Positions 26,348 to 39,989 of a stretch of 64,000 nucleotides of DNA are shown here, piece by piece. Each line of letters begins with the position of its first letter. The stretch's first letter is position 1. The notes under the pieces are model-generated. The model was not told where the DNA came from. It ran no database searches and saw only the letters and a program-made list of their open reading frames with translations. The stretch comes from Eledone cirrhosa (Eukaryota). A program made the translations under genes and the position numbers. The stretch covers positions 219,170,001-219,234,000 of the forward strand of contig OZ024740.1 in the NCBI GenBank assembly GCA_964016885.1, written 5' to 3'.

Positions 26348-27133
26348 AGCTTACACCTCCACTTATTCTCTCTCACACACACACATACACACACAAAGAC
26401 CAGTTCTAACACGAGAGAACATCTATTCCCCACATTTACGTATAGACATATCTTCTCACACTCACACACACACACATACTTACACATTCACGCATTCTCC
26501 CACACACTTAAATAGACATGTACAAAACCCCTTTTAAAGGGAGACTACTCTTTATCCACCTAACCTTAACTCTTTGACATTAGAGATAGAACAGATACTC
26601 TATACCATTTCCTGTCAGCATGACTTGGTAAGCTATTTAGAACACTGGTTTAACCGCTTTACTTCCCTCCGAAGAAGAGATATCTCGAAAATAAGGACAT
26701 TTAAATAAATCTAAGGTAAAAGACTAATTGTCAACAATATCTTTTGCATTTACATTTTTTATTCTATGTCCATACGTGCATTGTTTTGGCTTTACAAATT
26801 CAAACGTTTATATATATATATGTATATATATGAAGTAAAATGCTTGGAGAGGTTACAAGCTGAAACTGGCTGAACTCGCAATCTGATCTTTATCTCTTTA
26901 AGAAATGAATACATATGTAAAGTGGTTGGTATTGGGAAGGGTATCCAGCCATAGACAGCTTGTCAAAAGACACAACAACTTCTCCTCTACACTCAATATG
27001 ACCGTACATAAGTGGAATACAGACCCCCTCAGCCTGTCAGGGAAGTCAATAGCTCTACTTCACTCATGACTTGGTCTATGTGAACACGTCCAACCATTGT
27101 TAGCAGGGAAAGAAAACGTTTAATGATGATGTC

Positions 27134-27170
<37 letters not shown>

Positions 27171-27229
27171 GTTATATATATACAAATACATATATATATA
27201 TACAAATACACACACACACATATTTATAT

Positions 27230-28008
27230 ATGAAAAAACGAAGCTTGCATGCTCTGCTGGATCTGTAATAGTAACTTACATGAACGGCAAAGCACAAACG
27301 AACTGAGAGAGAAACTAAGCATAAGAGGAATCAGATGCCGTGTGCAGGAGAGGAGACTGCATTGGTATGGGCATAAGATGCAAATGAAGGCTGATAGCTC
27401 TATAAAAAGGTGCAGGGCACTCAAAGTTGATGGAAGCTATGGAGTAGGAAGACCTAAGAAGACTTGGGGTGAGGTGATAAAAACAGATCTTGCACAATTG
27501 CATCTCTCAAAGGTGATGACACAGGACTGAGATCTCTGGCAATACAGAGTAATGTAGAGGACTCACCTTCTCGTGCACACAGGTTGAAGCATACATCTAG
27601 TACACATTACTCTCCCTTACCTTCCTTTTCCATGCAACTCCAACGTCCTAACACCCCTCCCTTGATCCACCCCTCACCTAATAGGTGTCCCACCCTAGAT
27701 CTACCTCACCAATCCCCATGCACCCCCCCCCCAGTCCACACTGTAAAGTGGTCATGTAGGTGCCATGACAAAAAGCACCCAGTCCACACTGTAAAGTGGT
27801 CGTATAGGTGTCATGACAAAAAGCACTCAGCACACACTGTAAATGAGGTTGGCATTAGGAGGGGTATCCAGCTTTAGAAACCAAGTCAAAATCAGTCTAT
27901 TGTGAGCTAGAGATGGTCATCTGCTCTGGCTTGGCTCACATCTGGACAACTCATCTAACCCATGCTAACATGGAAAAATGGACACTAAATGGTGATGATG
28001 ATGATGAT
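27230..28008 (+). mobile_element. RTE LINE 3' end
   Basis: ELREKLSIRGI..VQERRLHWYGH..GRPKKTW, then 3' UTR and (GAT)n tail. Confidence 0.85.
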
Positions 28009-28379
28009 AAAATCATCATCATCTTCATCATTTTTACATCCAATTTTCTATGTTTACATATTCAGGTAATATTTGAGAGAATTAATCCCATTTCAATTCT
28101 GTTGGAACAGAAACCAGATCAATTCTGTGAAACTAGGGAATACAGAACAGAACACACTTTACTAACTGCAGTATGGCGTCATTTATTTTGTATCTGTAAG
28201 CTTTTTTTCCATAAACACACACACACATAGCACATGCACATACACACACACATACATATACACACACATAGACATACACACATATGCATACACACAGACG
28301 CATGTGCATACACACATACACACACATGCACACAACACACAGATGAAAACACATACACATGCACGCACATATATAATTA

Positions 28380-28560
28380 TATATGAGCGTATTGTAGTTC
28401 GCTTGAAGCATCATGTAAAGTATAAAAAATAGTGTTTTGTTTGATATTACCACAATGGCAATTGGATGGTAATTGTTCAAATATGATAACAATGATTTGG
28501 AATGTTACATTGCAGTTCTGTTATATTTCAGGATAAAATCCCTTCTTCAAAAGATTAATA
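28380..28560 (-). mobile_element. Diverged Penelope pLTR fragment with decayed HHR
   Basis: 'tagttcgcttgaagcatcatgtaaag' resembles 22668-22694; minus strand TTGAAGA-aggga tttt atcct-GAAA-ta-TA. Confidence 0.5.
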
Positions 28561-29471
28561 GTAAAAACTAGCTTGGAGCTGTATAGTTTTTTTTTTGTCA
28601 CTGTTAAGCTTCCATCAATATTATTTCTATGTTACATTTAAATTCTGATATGGGTTTTGACAGGTTGGTTTGAGACAATCTTTTACAACTGGATGCCTTC
28701 CTGATGCCAGCTCTTTCACTTGTCTCTTACAACATTCAGGGATACAGTGTAGGCTTCATAAATGCAGCTAGTACACTCTGTAAAGTAGTTGACATTAGAA
28801 AAGGCATTTAGCTATAGAAACCATGTTAAAAATAGAATGTATGTGTAAAAGATGGAAAAACCGATGTGAAATCATTATGATGATGATGATGATGATGATG
28901 ATACTAAAAAGTATGAAAGAACGACATCAGTGAACAACACGTTACAATAATGGTGTATTACTTTTAACACTTCAAAGTAGTAATCAAAGAATCATACACA
29001 CACACATATACAGACACACACACACATATGTATATGTATGTATGTATATATATACCTTATATATGTACACACACAAACATTCAAATGCTCTTACCCATTC
29101 TTGTGTACATAGATAACATAACATGTTCCCATGTTAAATTTTTATATTTTTAACATCAAATTTACCTTCTTTATTAAAACTTTCTGTATAATTGCTTATT
29201 AAATACTAATTCGATTTATCTTAACAACTGAATGTTTTCATCTAATTTAATAAGTGCTTGTTAAAAACAAATTACAGTGTATATTCTAAAATAAACACAG
29301 AAAACAATCCTGATGTTGAATTTACTTACCTTTAAAAATTACCTGAAATTTGTCAATTAAATTATATATGTTGCATATAACTATTTATATGTTAGTTTGT
29401 TTTAATAACATTCTGCTAGAATCATATTGCTGTACTGTATTTGTTGCTTAGCATTGGTGTACGTGTGATTA

Positions 29472-32400
29472 CGGTAAGTGTAGGTATGGATGAGTGGTTA
29501 TGGTAGTTTAAGGTATGGCTGTGTGGTTATGGTAGTTTAAAGTATGGCTGTGTGGTTATGATAGTTTAAAGTATGGCTGTGTGGTTATGGTAGTTTACAG
29601 TATGGCTGTGTGGGTATGGTAGTTTAAAGTATGGCTGTGTGGTTATGGTAGTTTAAAGTATGGCTGTGTGGTTATGGTAGTTTAAGGTATGGCTGTGGGG
29701 TTATGGTAGTTTAAAGTATGGCTGTGTGGTTATGGTAGTTTAATGTATTGCTGTGTGGTTATGGTAGTTTAAAGTATGGCTGTGTGGTTATGGTAGTTTA
29801 AGGTATGGCTGTGTGGTTATGGTAGTTTAAGGTATGGCTGTGTGGTTATGGTAGATTAAAGTATGGCTGTGTGGTTATGGTAGTTTAAAGTATGGCTGTG
29901 TGGTTATGGTAGTTTAAAGTATGGCTGTGTGGTTATGGTAGTTTAAGGTATGGCTGTGTGGTTATGGTAGTTTAAAGTATGGCTGTGTGGTTATGGTAGT
30001 TTAAGGTATGACTGTGGGGTTATGGTAGTTTAAAGTATGGCTGTGTGGTTATGGTAGTTTAAGGTATTGCTGTGTGGTTATGGTAGTTTAAGGTATGGCT
30101 GTGTGGTTATGGTAGTTTAAAGTATGGCTGTGTGGTTATGGTAGATTAAAGTATGGCTGTGTGGTTATGGTAGTTTAAGGTATGGCTGTGTGGTTATGGT
30201 AGTTTAAGGTATGGCTGTGTGGTTATGGTAGTTTAAGGTATGGCTGTGTGGTTATGGTAGTTTAAAGTATGGCTGTGTGGTTATGGTAGATTAAAGTATG
30301 GCTGTGTGGTTATGGTAGTTTAAGGTATGGCTGTGTGGTTATGGTAGTTTAAGGTATGGCTGTGTGGTTACGGTAGTTTAAGGTATGGCTGTGTGGTTAT
30401 GGTAGTTTAAAGTATGGCTCTGTAGTTATGGTAGTTTAAGGTATGGTTGTGTGGTTATGGTAGTTTAAGGTATGGCTGTGTGGTTAAGGTAGGTGTAGGT
30501 ATGGCTGTGTGGTTATGGTAGTTTAATGTATGGCTGTGTGGTTATGGTAGTTTAAAGTATGGCTGTGTGGTTATGGTAGTTTAAGGTATTGCTGTATGGT
30601 TATGGTAGTTTAAAGTATGGCTGTGTGGTTATGGTAGTTTAAAGTATGGCTGAGTGGTTATGGTAGTTAAAATATGGCTGTGTGGTTATGGTAGTTTAAA
30701 GTATGGCTGTGTGGTTATGGTAGTTTAAAGTATGGCTGTGTGGTTATGGTAGTTTAAAGTATGGCTGTGTGGTTATGGCGGTTTAAAGTATGGCTGTGAG
30801 GTTATGGTAGTTTAAGATATGGTTTTGTGGTTATGGTAGTTTAAAGTATGGCTGTGTGGTTATGGTAGTTTAAAGTATGGCTGTGTGGTTATGGTAGTTT
30901 AAGGTATGGCTGTGTGGTTATGGTAGTTTAAGGTATGGTTGTGTGGGTATGGTAGTTTAAAGTATGGCTGTGTGGTTATGGCAGTTTAAAGTATGGCTGT
31001 GTGGTTATGGTAGTTTAAAGTATGGCTGTGTGGGTATGGTAGTTTAAGATATGGCTTTGTGGTTATGGTAGTTTAAAGTATGGCTGTGTGGTAATGGTAG
31101 TTTAAAGTATGGCTGTGTGGTTATGGCAGTTTAAAGTATGGCTGTGTGGTTATGGTAGTTTAAAGTATGGATGTGTGGTTATGGTAGTTTAAAGTATGGC
31201 TCTGTGGTTATGGTAGTTTAAAGTATGGCTGTGTGGTTATGGAAGTTTAAGGTATGGCTGTGTGGTTATGGTAGTTTAAAGTATGGCTGTGTGGTTATGG
31301 TAGTTTAAGGTATGGCTGTGTGGTTATGGTAGTTTAAGGTATGGCTGTGTGGTTATAGTAGTTTAAGATATGGCTGTGTGGTTATGGTAGTTTAAGGTAT
31401 GTCTGTGTGGTTATGGTAGTTTAAGGTATGTCTGTGTGGTTATAGTAGTTTAAGGTATGGCTGTGTGGTTATGGTAGTTTAAAGTATGGCTGTGTGGTTA
31501 TGGTAGTTTAAAGTATGGCTGTGTGGTTATGGTAGTTTAAGGTATGGCTGTGTGGTTATGGTAGTTTAAGGTATGGCTGTGTGGTTATAGTAGTTTAAAG
31601 TATGGCTGTGTGGTTATAGTACTTTAAGGTATGGCTGTGTGGTTATGGTAGTTTAAAGTATGGCTGTGTGGTTATGGTAGTTTAAGGTATGGCTGTGTGG
31701 TTATGGTAGTTTAAAGTATGGCTGTGTGGTTATGGTAGTTTAAGGTATGGCTGTGTGGTTATGGTAGTTTAAAGTATGGCTGTGTGGTTATGGTAGTTTA
31801 AGGTATGACTGTGTGGTTATGGTAGTTTAAGGTATGGCTGTGTGGTTATGGTAGTTTAAAGTATGGCTGTGTGGTTATGGTAGTTTAAGGTATGGCTGTG
31901 TGGTTATGGTAGTTTAACGTATGGCTTTGTGGTTTTGGTAGTTGAAAGTATGGATGTGTGGTTATGGTAGTTTAAAGTATGGCTCTGTGGTTATGGTAGT
32001 TTAAAGTATGGCTGTGTGGTTATGATAGTTTAAGGTATGGCTGTGTGGTTATGGTAGTTTAAGGTATGGCTGTATGGTTATGGTAGTTTAAAGTATGGCT
32101 GTGTGGTTATGGTAGTTTAAAGTATGGCTGTGTGGTTATAGTAGTTTAAAGTATGGCTGTGTGGTTATGGTAGTTTAAGGTATGGATGTGTGGTTATGGT
32201 AGTTTAAAGTATGGCTCTGTGGTTATGGTAGTTTAAAGTATGGCTGTGTGGTTATGGTAGTTTAAAGTATGGCTGTGTGGTTATGGTAGTTTAAAGTATG
32301 GCTGTGTGGTTATGGTAGTTTAAAGAATGGCTGTGTGGTTATGGTAGTTTAAGGTATGTCTTTGTGGTTATGGTAGTTTAAAGTATGGATGTGTGGTTAT

Positions 32401-35400
32401 GGTAGTTTAAAGTATGGCTCTGTGATTATGGTAGTTTAAGGTATGGCTGTGTGGTTATGGTAGTTTAAAGTATGGCTGTGTGGTTATGGTAGTTTAAGGT
32501 ATTGCTGTGTGGTTATGGTAGTTTAAATTATCGCTCTGTAGTTATGGTAGTTTAAGGTATGGCTGTGGAGTTATGGTAGTTTAAAGTATGGCTGTGTGGT
32601 TATGGCAGTTTAAAGTATGGCTGTGTGGTTATGGTAGTTTAAGGTATGGCTGTGTGATTATGGTAGTTTAAAGTATGGCTGTGTGGTTATGGTAGTTTAA
32701 GGTATGGCTGTGTGATTATGGTAGTTTAAAGTATGGCTGTGTGGTTATGGTAGTTTAAGGTATGGCTGTGTGGTTATGATAGTTTAAAGTATGGCTCTGT
32801 AGTTATGGTAGTTTAAGGTATGGTTGTGTGGTTATGGTTGTTTAAGGTATGGCTGTGTGGTTATGGTAGGTGTAGGTATGGCTGGTGTGGTTATGGTAGT
32901 TTAATGTATGGCTGTGTGGTTATGGTAGTTTAAAGTATGGCTGTGTGGTTATGGTAGTTTAAGGTATGGCTGTATGGTTATGGTAGTTTAAAGTACGGCT
33001 GTGTGGTGATGCTAGTTTAAAGTATGGCTGTGTGGTTATGGTAGTTTAAAGTATGGCTGTGTGGTTATGTTAGTTTAAAGTATGGCTGTGTGGTTATGGT
33101 AGTTTAAAGTATGGCTGTGTGGTTATGGCAGTTTAAAGTATGGCTGTGTGGTTATGGTAGTTTAAGTTATGGCTTTGTGGTTTTGGTAGTTTAAAGTATG
33201 GATGTGTGGTTATGGTAGTTTAAAGTATGGCTCTGTGGTTATGGTAGTTTAAGGTATGGCTGTGTGGTTATGGTAGTTTAAAGTATGGCTGTGTGGTTAT
33301 GGTAGTTTAAATATGGCTCTGTTTTTATGGTAGTTTAAAGTATGGCTGTGTGGTTATGGTAGTTTAAGGTATGGCTGTGTGGTTATGATACTTTAAAGTA
33401 TGGCTGTGTAGTTATGGTAGTTTAAAGTATGGCTGTGTTGTATGGTAGTTTAAAGTATGGCTGTGTGGTTATGGTAGTTTAAAGTATGGCTGTGTGGTTA
33501 TGGTAGTTTAAAGTATGGCTGTGTGGTTATGGCGGTTTAAAGTATGGCTGTGAGGTTATGGTAGTTTAAGATTTGGTTTTGTGGTTATGGTAGTTTAAAG
33601 TATGGCTGTGTGGTTATGGTAGTTTAAAGTATGGCTGTGTGGTTATGGTAGTTTAAGGTATGGCTGTGTGGTTATGGTAGTTTAAGGTATGGTTGTGTGG
33701 GTATGGTAGTTTAAAGTATGGCTGTGTGGTTATGGCAGTTTAAAGTATGGCTGTGTGGTTATGGTAGTTTAAAGTATGGCTGTGTGGGTATGGTAGTTTA
33801 AGATATGGCTTTGTGGTTATGGTAGTTTAAAGTATGGCTGTGTGGTAATGGTAGTTTAAAGTATGGCTGTGTGGTTATGGCAGTTTAAAGTATGGCTGTG
33901 TGGTTATGGTAGTTTAAAGTATGGATGTGTGGTTATGGTAGTTTAAAGTATGGCTCTGTGGTTATGGTAGTTTAAAGTATGGCTGTGTGGTTATGGAAGT
34001 TTAAGGTATGGCTGTGTGGTTATGGTAGTTTAAAGTATGGCTGTGTGGTTATGGTAGTTTAAGGTATGGCTGTGTGGTTATGGTAGTTTAAGGTATGGCT
34101 GTGTGGTTATAGTAGTTTAAGATATGGCTGTGTGGTTATGGTAGTTTAAGGTATGTCTGTGTGGTTATGGTAGTTTAAGGTATGTCTGTGTGGTTATAGT
34201 AGTTTAAGGTATGGCTGTGTGGTTATGGTAGTTTAAAGTATGGCTGTGTGGTTATGGTAGTTTAAGGTATGGCTGTGTGGTTATGGTAGTTTAAAGTATG
34301 GCTGTGTGGTTATGGTAGTTTAAGGTATGGCTGTGTGGTTATGGTAGTTTAAAGTATGGCTGTGTGGTTATAGTACTTTAAGGTATGGCTGTGTGGTTAT
34401 GGTAGTTTAAAGTATGGCTGTGTGGTTATGGTAGTTTAAGGTATGGCTGTGTGGTTATGGTAGTTTAAGGTATGGCTGTGTGGTTATGGTAGTTTAAAGT
34501 ATGGCTGTGTGGTTATGGTAGTTTAAGGTATGGCTGTGTGGTTATGGTAGTTTAACGTATGGCTTTGTGGTTTTGGTAGTTGAAAGTATGGATGTGTGGT
34601 TATGGTAGTTTAAAGTATGGCTCTGTGGTTATGGTAGTTTAAAGTATGGCTGTGTGGTTATGATAGTTTAAGGTATGGCTGTGTGGTTATGGTAGTTTAA
34701 GGTATGGCTGTATGGTTATGGTAGTTTAAAGTATGGCTGTGTGGTTATGGTAGTTTAAAGTATGGCTGTGTGGTTATAGTAGTTTAAAGTATGGCTGTGT
34801 GGTTATGGTAGTTTAAGGTATGGATGTGTGGTTATGGTAGTTTAAAGTATGGCTCTGTGGTTATGGTAGTTTAAAGTATGGCTGTGTGGTTATGGTAGTT
34901 TAAAGTATGGCTGTGTGGTTATGGTAGTTTAAAGTATGGCTGTGTGGTTATGGTAGTTTAAAGAATGGCTGTGTGGTTATGGTAGTTTAAGGTATGTCTT
35001 TGTGGTTATGGTAGTTTAAAGTATGGATGTGTGGTTATGGTAGTTTAAAGTATGGCTCTGTGATTATGGTAGTTTAAGGTATGGCTGTGTGGTTATGGTA
35101 GTTTAAAGTATGGCTGTGTGGTTATGGTAGTTTAAGGTATTGCTGTGTGGTTATGGTAGTTTAAATTATCGCTCTGTGGTTATGGTAGTTTAAGGTATGG
35201 CTGTGGAGTTATGGTAGTTTAAAGTATGGCTGTGTGGTTATGGCAGTTTAAAGTATGGCTGTGTGGTTATGGTAGTTTAAGGTATGGCTGTGTGATTATG
35301 GTAGTTTAAAGTATGGCTGTGTGGTTATGGTAGTTTAAGGTATGGCTGTGTGATTATGGTAGTTTAAAGTATGGCTGTGTGGTTATGGTAGTTTAAGGTA

Positions 35401-38400
35401 TGGCTGTGTGGTTATGATAGTTTAAAGTATGGCTCTGTAGTTATGGTAGTTTAAGGTATGGTTGTGTGGTTATGGTTGTTTAAGGTATGGCTGTGTGGTT
35501 ATGGTAGGTGTAGGTATGGATGGTGTGGTTATGGTAGTTTAATGTATGGCTGTGTGGTTATGGTAGTTTAAAGTATGGCTGTGTGGTTATGGTAGTTTAA
35601 GGTATGGCTGTATGGTTATGGTAGTTTAAAGTACGGCTGTGTGGTGATGCTAGTTTAAAGTATGGCTGTGTGGTTATGGTAGTTTAAAGTATGGCTGTGT
35701 GGTTATGGTAGTTTAAAGTATGGCTGTGTGGTTATGTTAGTTTAAAGTATGGCTGTGTGGTTATGGTAGTTTAAAGTATGGCTGTGTGGTTATGGCAGTT
35801 TAAAGTATGGCTGTGTGGTTATGGTAGTTTAAAGTATGGCTGTGTGGTTATGTTAGTTTAAAGTATGGCTGTGTGGTTATGGTAGTTTAAAGTATGGCTG
35901 TGTGGTTATGGCAGTTTAAAGTATGGCTGTGTGGTTATGGTAGTTTAAGTTATGGCTTTGTGGTTTTGGTAGTTTAAAGTATGGATGTGTGGTTATGGTA
36001 GTTTAAAGTATGGCTCTGTGGTTATGGTAGTTTAAGGTATGGCTGTGTGGTTATGGTAGTTTAAAGTATGGCTGTGTGGTTATGGTAGTTTAAATATGGC
36101 TCTGTTTTTATGGTAGTTTAAAGTATGGCTGTGTGGTTATGGTAGTTTAAGGTATGGCTGTGTGGTTATGATACTTTAAAGTATGGCTGTGTAGTTATGG
36201 TAGTTTAAAGTATGGCTGTGTTGTATGGTAGTTTAAAGTATGGCTGTGTGGTTATAGTAGTTTAAAGTATGGCTGTGTGGTTATGGTAGTTTAAAGTATG
36301 GCTGCGTGGTTATGGGAGTTTAAGGTATGGCTGTGTGGTTATGGGAGTTTAAGGTATGGCTGTGGAGTTATGCTAGTTTAAAGTATGTCTGTGTGGTTAT
36401 GGTAGTTTAAGGTATGGCTGTGTGGTTATGATAGTTTAAAGTATGGCTCTGTAGTTATGGTAGTTTAAAGTATGGTTGTGTGGTTATGGTAGTTTAAGGT
36501 ATGGCTGTGTGGTGAAGGTAGGTATAGGTATGGCTGTGTGGTTATGGTAGTTTAAGGTATGGCTGTGTGGTTATGGTAGTTTAAGGTATGGCTGTGTGGT
36601 TATGGTAGTTTAAAGTATGGCTGTGAGGTTATGGTAGTTTAAAGTATGGCTGTGTGGTTATGGTAGTTTTAAAGTATGGCTGTGTGGTTATGGTAGTTTA
36701 AAGTATGGCTGTGTGGTTATGGTAGTTTAAAGTATGGCTGTGCGGTTATGGTCGTTTAAAGTATGGCTGTGTGGTTATGGTAGTTTAAGGTATGGCTGTG
36801 TGGTTATGGTAGTTTAAGGTATGGCTGTGTGGTTATGGTAGTTTAAGGTATGGCTGTGTGGTTATGGTAGTTTAAAGTATGGCTGTGTGGTTATGGTAGT
36901 TTAAGGTATGGCTGTGTGGTTATGGTAGTTTAAAGTATGGCTGTGTGGTTATGGTAGTTTAAAGTATGGCTGTGTGGTTATGGGAGTTTAAGGTATGGCT
37001 GTGTGGTTATGGTAGTTTAAGGTATGGCTGTGTGGTTATGGTAGTTTAAAGTAGGGCTGTGTGGTTATGGTAGTTTAAGGTATGGCTGTGTGGTTATGGT
37101 AGTTTAAGGTATGGCTGTGTGGTTATGGTAGTTTAAAGTATGGCTGTGTGGTTATGGTAGTTTAAGGTATGGCTGTGTGGTTATGGTAGTTTAAAGTATG
37201 GCTGTGTGGTTATGGTAGTTTAAAGTATGGCTGTGTGGTTATGGGAGTTTAAGGTATGGCTGTGTGGTTATGGTAGTTTAAGGTATGGCTGTGTGGTTAT
37301 GGTAGTTTAAGGTATGGCTGTGTGGTTATGGTAGTTTAAGGTATGGCTGTGTGGTTATGGTAGTTTAAAGTATGGCTGTGTGGTTATGGTAGTTTAAGGT
37401 ATGGCTGTGTGGTTATGGTAGTTTAAGGTATGGCTGTGTGGTTATGGTAGTTTAAGGTATGGCTGTGTGGTTATAGTAGTTTAAAGTATGGCTGTGTGGT
37501 TATGGTAGTTTAAAGTATGGCTGTGTGGTTATGGTAGTTTAAGGTATGGCTGTGTGGTTATGGTAGTTTAAGGTATGGCTGTGTGGTTATGGTAGTTTAA
37601 AGTATGGCTGTGTGGTTATGGAAGTTTAAAGTATGGCTGTGTGGTTATGGTACTTTAAGGTATGGCTGTGTGGTTATGGTAGTTTAAAGTTTGGCTGTGT
37701 GGTTATGGTAGTTTAAGGTATGGCTGTGTGGTTGAGGTAGGTGTAGGTATGGCTGTGTGGTTATGGTAGTTTAAGGTATGGCTGTGTGGTTGAGGTAGGT
37801 GTAGGTATGGCTATGTGGTTGAGGTAGGTGTAGTTATGACTGTGTGGTTAAGGTAGGTGTGGCTGTGTGATTAAGGTAGGTGTAGGTATGGCTGTGTGGT
37901 TAAGGTAGGTGTAGGTATGGCTGTGTGGTTCAGGTAGATGTAGGTATGGCTCTGTGGTTAAGGTAGGGTAGGTGTGGTTATCTGGTTAAGGTAGGTGTAG
38001 GTGTAGCTGTGTGGTTGAGGTAGGTGTAGGTATGGCTGTGTGGTTGAGGTAGGTGTGTGTATGGCTGTGTGGTTGAGGTAGGTGTAGGTATGACTGTGTG
38101 GTTGAGGTAGGTGTAGGTATGGTTATGTGGTTGAGGTAGGTGTAGGTCTGGCTGTGTGGTTGAGGTAGGTGTAGGTATGGTTGTGTGGTTAAGGTAGGTA
38201 TAGGTATGGCTGTGTGGTTGAGGTAGGTGTGTACATGGCTGTGGTTGAGGTAGGTGTAGGTATGGTTGTGTGGTTAAGGTAGGTATAGGTATGGCTGTGT
38301 GGTTGAGGTAGGTGTGTACATGGCTGTGGTTGAGGTAGGTTTGTACATGGCTGTGTGGTTAACATAAGTTTGTATGGTTGTGTGGTTAAGATATGTGTGT

Positions 38401-38490
38401 GTATAGTTGTGTGGTTGAGATAGGTGTGTGTATGGTTGTGTGGTTAAGATAAGTTTGTATGGCTGTGTCCTAAAGATAGGTGTAGGCATA
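29472..38490. repeat. 29-bp satellite array (GTATGGCTGTGTGGTTATGGTAGTTTAAR), roughly 300 monomers
   Basis: Direct tandem repetition; variant monomer GTATGGCTGTGTGGTTGAGGTAGGTGTAG dominates 37730-38490. Confidence 0.97.
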
Positions 38491-38546
38491 TTAATATCAC
38501 ACTAAATACTATGTATGACACTAACTGTGACACTGTGATACTATGC

Positions 38547-39567
38547 CACTATGCGGACTGGCCAGCTTGCCAGGTTGCCCACAGTAGTACTACAGGGCCT
38601 CATGGTAGCACTGCAGGGGTCAACTGTGGTATTTTACGGCCAATGCTTTGCTTTCAAAAATTATCTTTTAAAAAATGTCTCAGAGAAAGAATAACATTTA
38701 AAAAAAAAAAAATAAACAAATAAGTAAAGCATTTGGTCAAACAATTCCCTAGGGAATTAATAAAAACCAAAATATATGAGCACATCTCTCTTACCATCCT
38801 CTGGGGAAACACCTTCTCTATTCTGTCCGCTGGAGCTGTGGGGAGGTCAGCACGTGGGATCCCACTTGCTCACCATACGGAGAGATGGGGAGGGTGAGAG
38901 AGATGATAGTGCTAACAGTTAGAGTCACTGGCTAACTGTATTCATTCATGCATACATACATACATGGACACACACATGTATATATATATACTTACACATA
39001 CACATGAGCTGCCGTGAGCTGTTAGCCGAATAATGTTTTATATCAATGGGTTAAAGACATAGGTAAAATCAATTAGTGGTCAGTTCTTCAGTCTAAAGTC
39101 CCTACGGAGAATGAGTCTAATAATGTTTGTACAAGTTGAAAACATGTATGTATACATATATATAAATCTCTATATACACATGTACACACATACACACACT
39201 TCCATATATATATATTGAGTGAGTGTGAAAGCCTCTGGATGTGTATACTTTTTATTGGAGAAAGTAAGACAGTATACTATACAGTATACTATACATTCAC
39301 AATTATTTAAAAATTCAATTATAACATTCTGTATTAACATTTAGTATTACTGTATATTTCCAGTGATATGTACAGTATATATACACTATAATTAGTAAAA
39401 AATACACATTTTTTTCCGCAAAAATTTAATTGCACTGTTTTGTTTTCACTATGTACTTTTTTAAAATGTTATTTATTCATTATAAAAATTAAATGATAGC
39501 ATTCTATATGTGGGTGGGCCCCCTTTATCTCCTGGCAACCAATATTTTTAGACCCAGTTCACCACTG
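38547..39567. mobile_element. Possible degenerate hAT-like non-autonomous DNA transposon
   Basis: Imperfect TIRs cactatgcggactgg / ccagttcaccactg; interrupts a 'ctaactgtgaca' 12-mer array present on both sides. Confidence 0.4.
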
Positions 39568-39700
39568 ACTGTGACAGTACTTGTAACACTAACTGTGACT
39601 CTAACTGTAACACTAATACTAACTGTAACATTGTGACACTAACTGTAACACTGATTGTAACCCTAACTGTAACACTATCTGTGACAAACTATGACACAGT
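39567..39700. repeat. 12-bp minisatellite (CTAACTGTRACA)n
   Basis: About 10 imperfect units; also at 38510-38540. Confidence 0.8.
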
Positions 39701-39806
39701 TCTGTTACTGCTAGTTTTTATGATACAACACACCCATTCTTTATTACTTAAGACCTGATCCTTTATTCTGTGTGACTCTAAGATCATTCACTGTTTGACC
39801 ATTTAC

Positions 39807-39989
39807 CAGTCATGGATTAACCATGAAGTAAAATAAAATACATACATTATCAGGCCTTCAAGTAATGGAAGGCATCTATAGAGTTTTTTTACCAGTATAT
39901 TGGAGTTTTTTCTTATTCTATATATAGTATATGGAAGTATCATAATTACTTCTATGCTTATGGTTTCTAAATACCTTAATCCATCCCTG
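39807..39989. mobile_element. Possible hAT-like MITE
   Basis: TIRs cagtcatggattaa / ttaatccatccctg; no clear TSD. Confidence 0.4.

Larger units (their letters stand above)
22655..26810 (+). mobile_element. Near full-length Penelope-like retroelement with inverted 5' pLTR
   Basis: 22655-23519 is an inverted copy of the 3' end/pLTR; direct pLTR at 23520-23700 matches 26637-26810; (AT)n flanks. Confidence 0.92.

Noticed and set aside
29320-29352. Minus-strand 'tttcag|gtaatttttaaag|gtaagt' microexon or recursive-splice-like motif
   Set aside because: Short motif expected by chance in AT-rich DNA; no transcript or other exon evidence
29472-38490. CRISPR-like array (29-bp repeat)
   Set aside because: Monomers abut directly with no unique spacers; no cas genes; eukaryotic context
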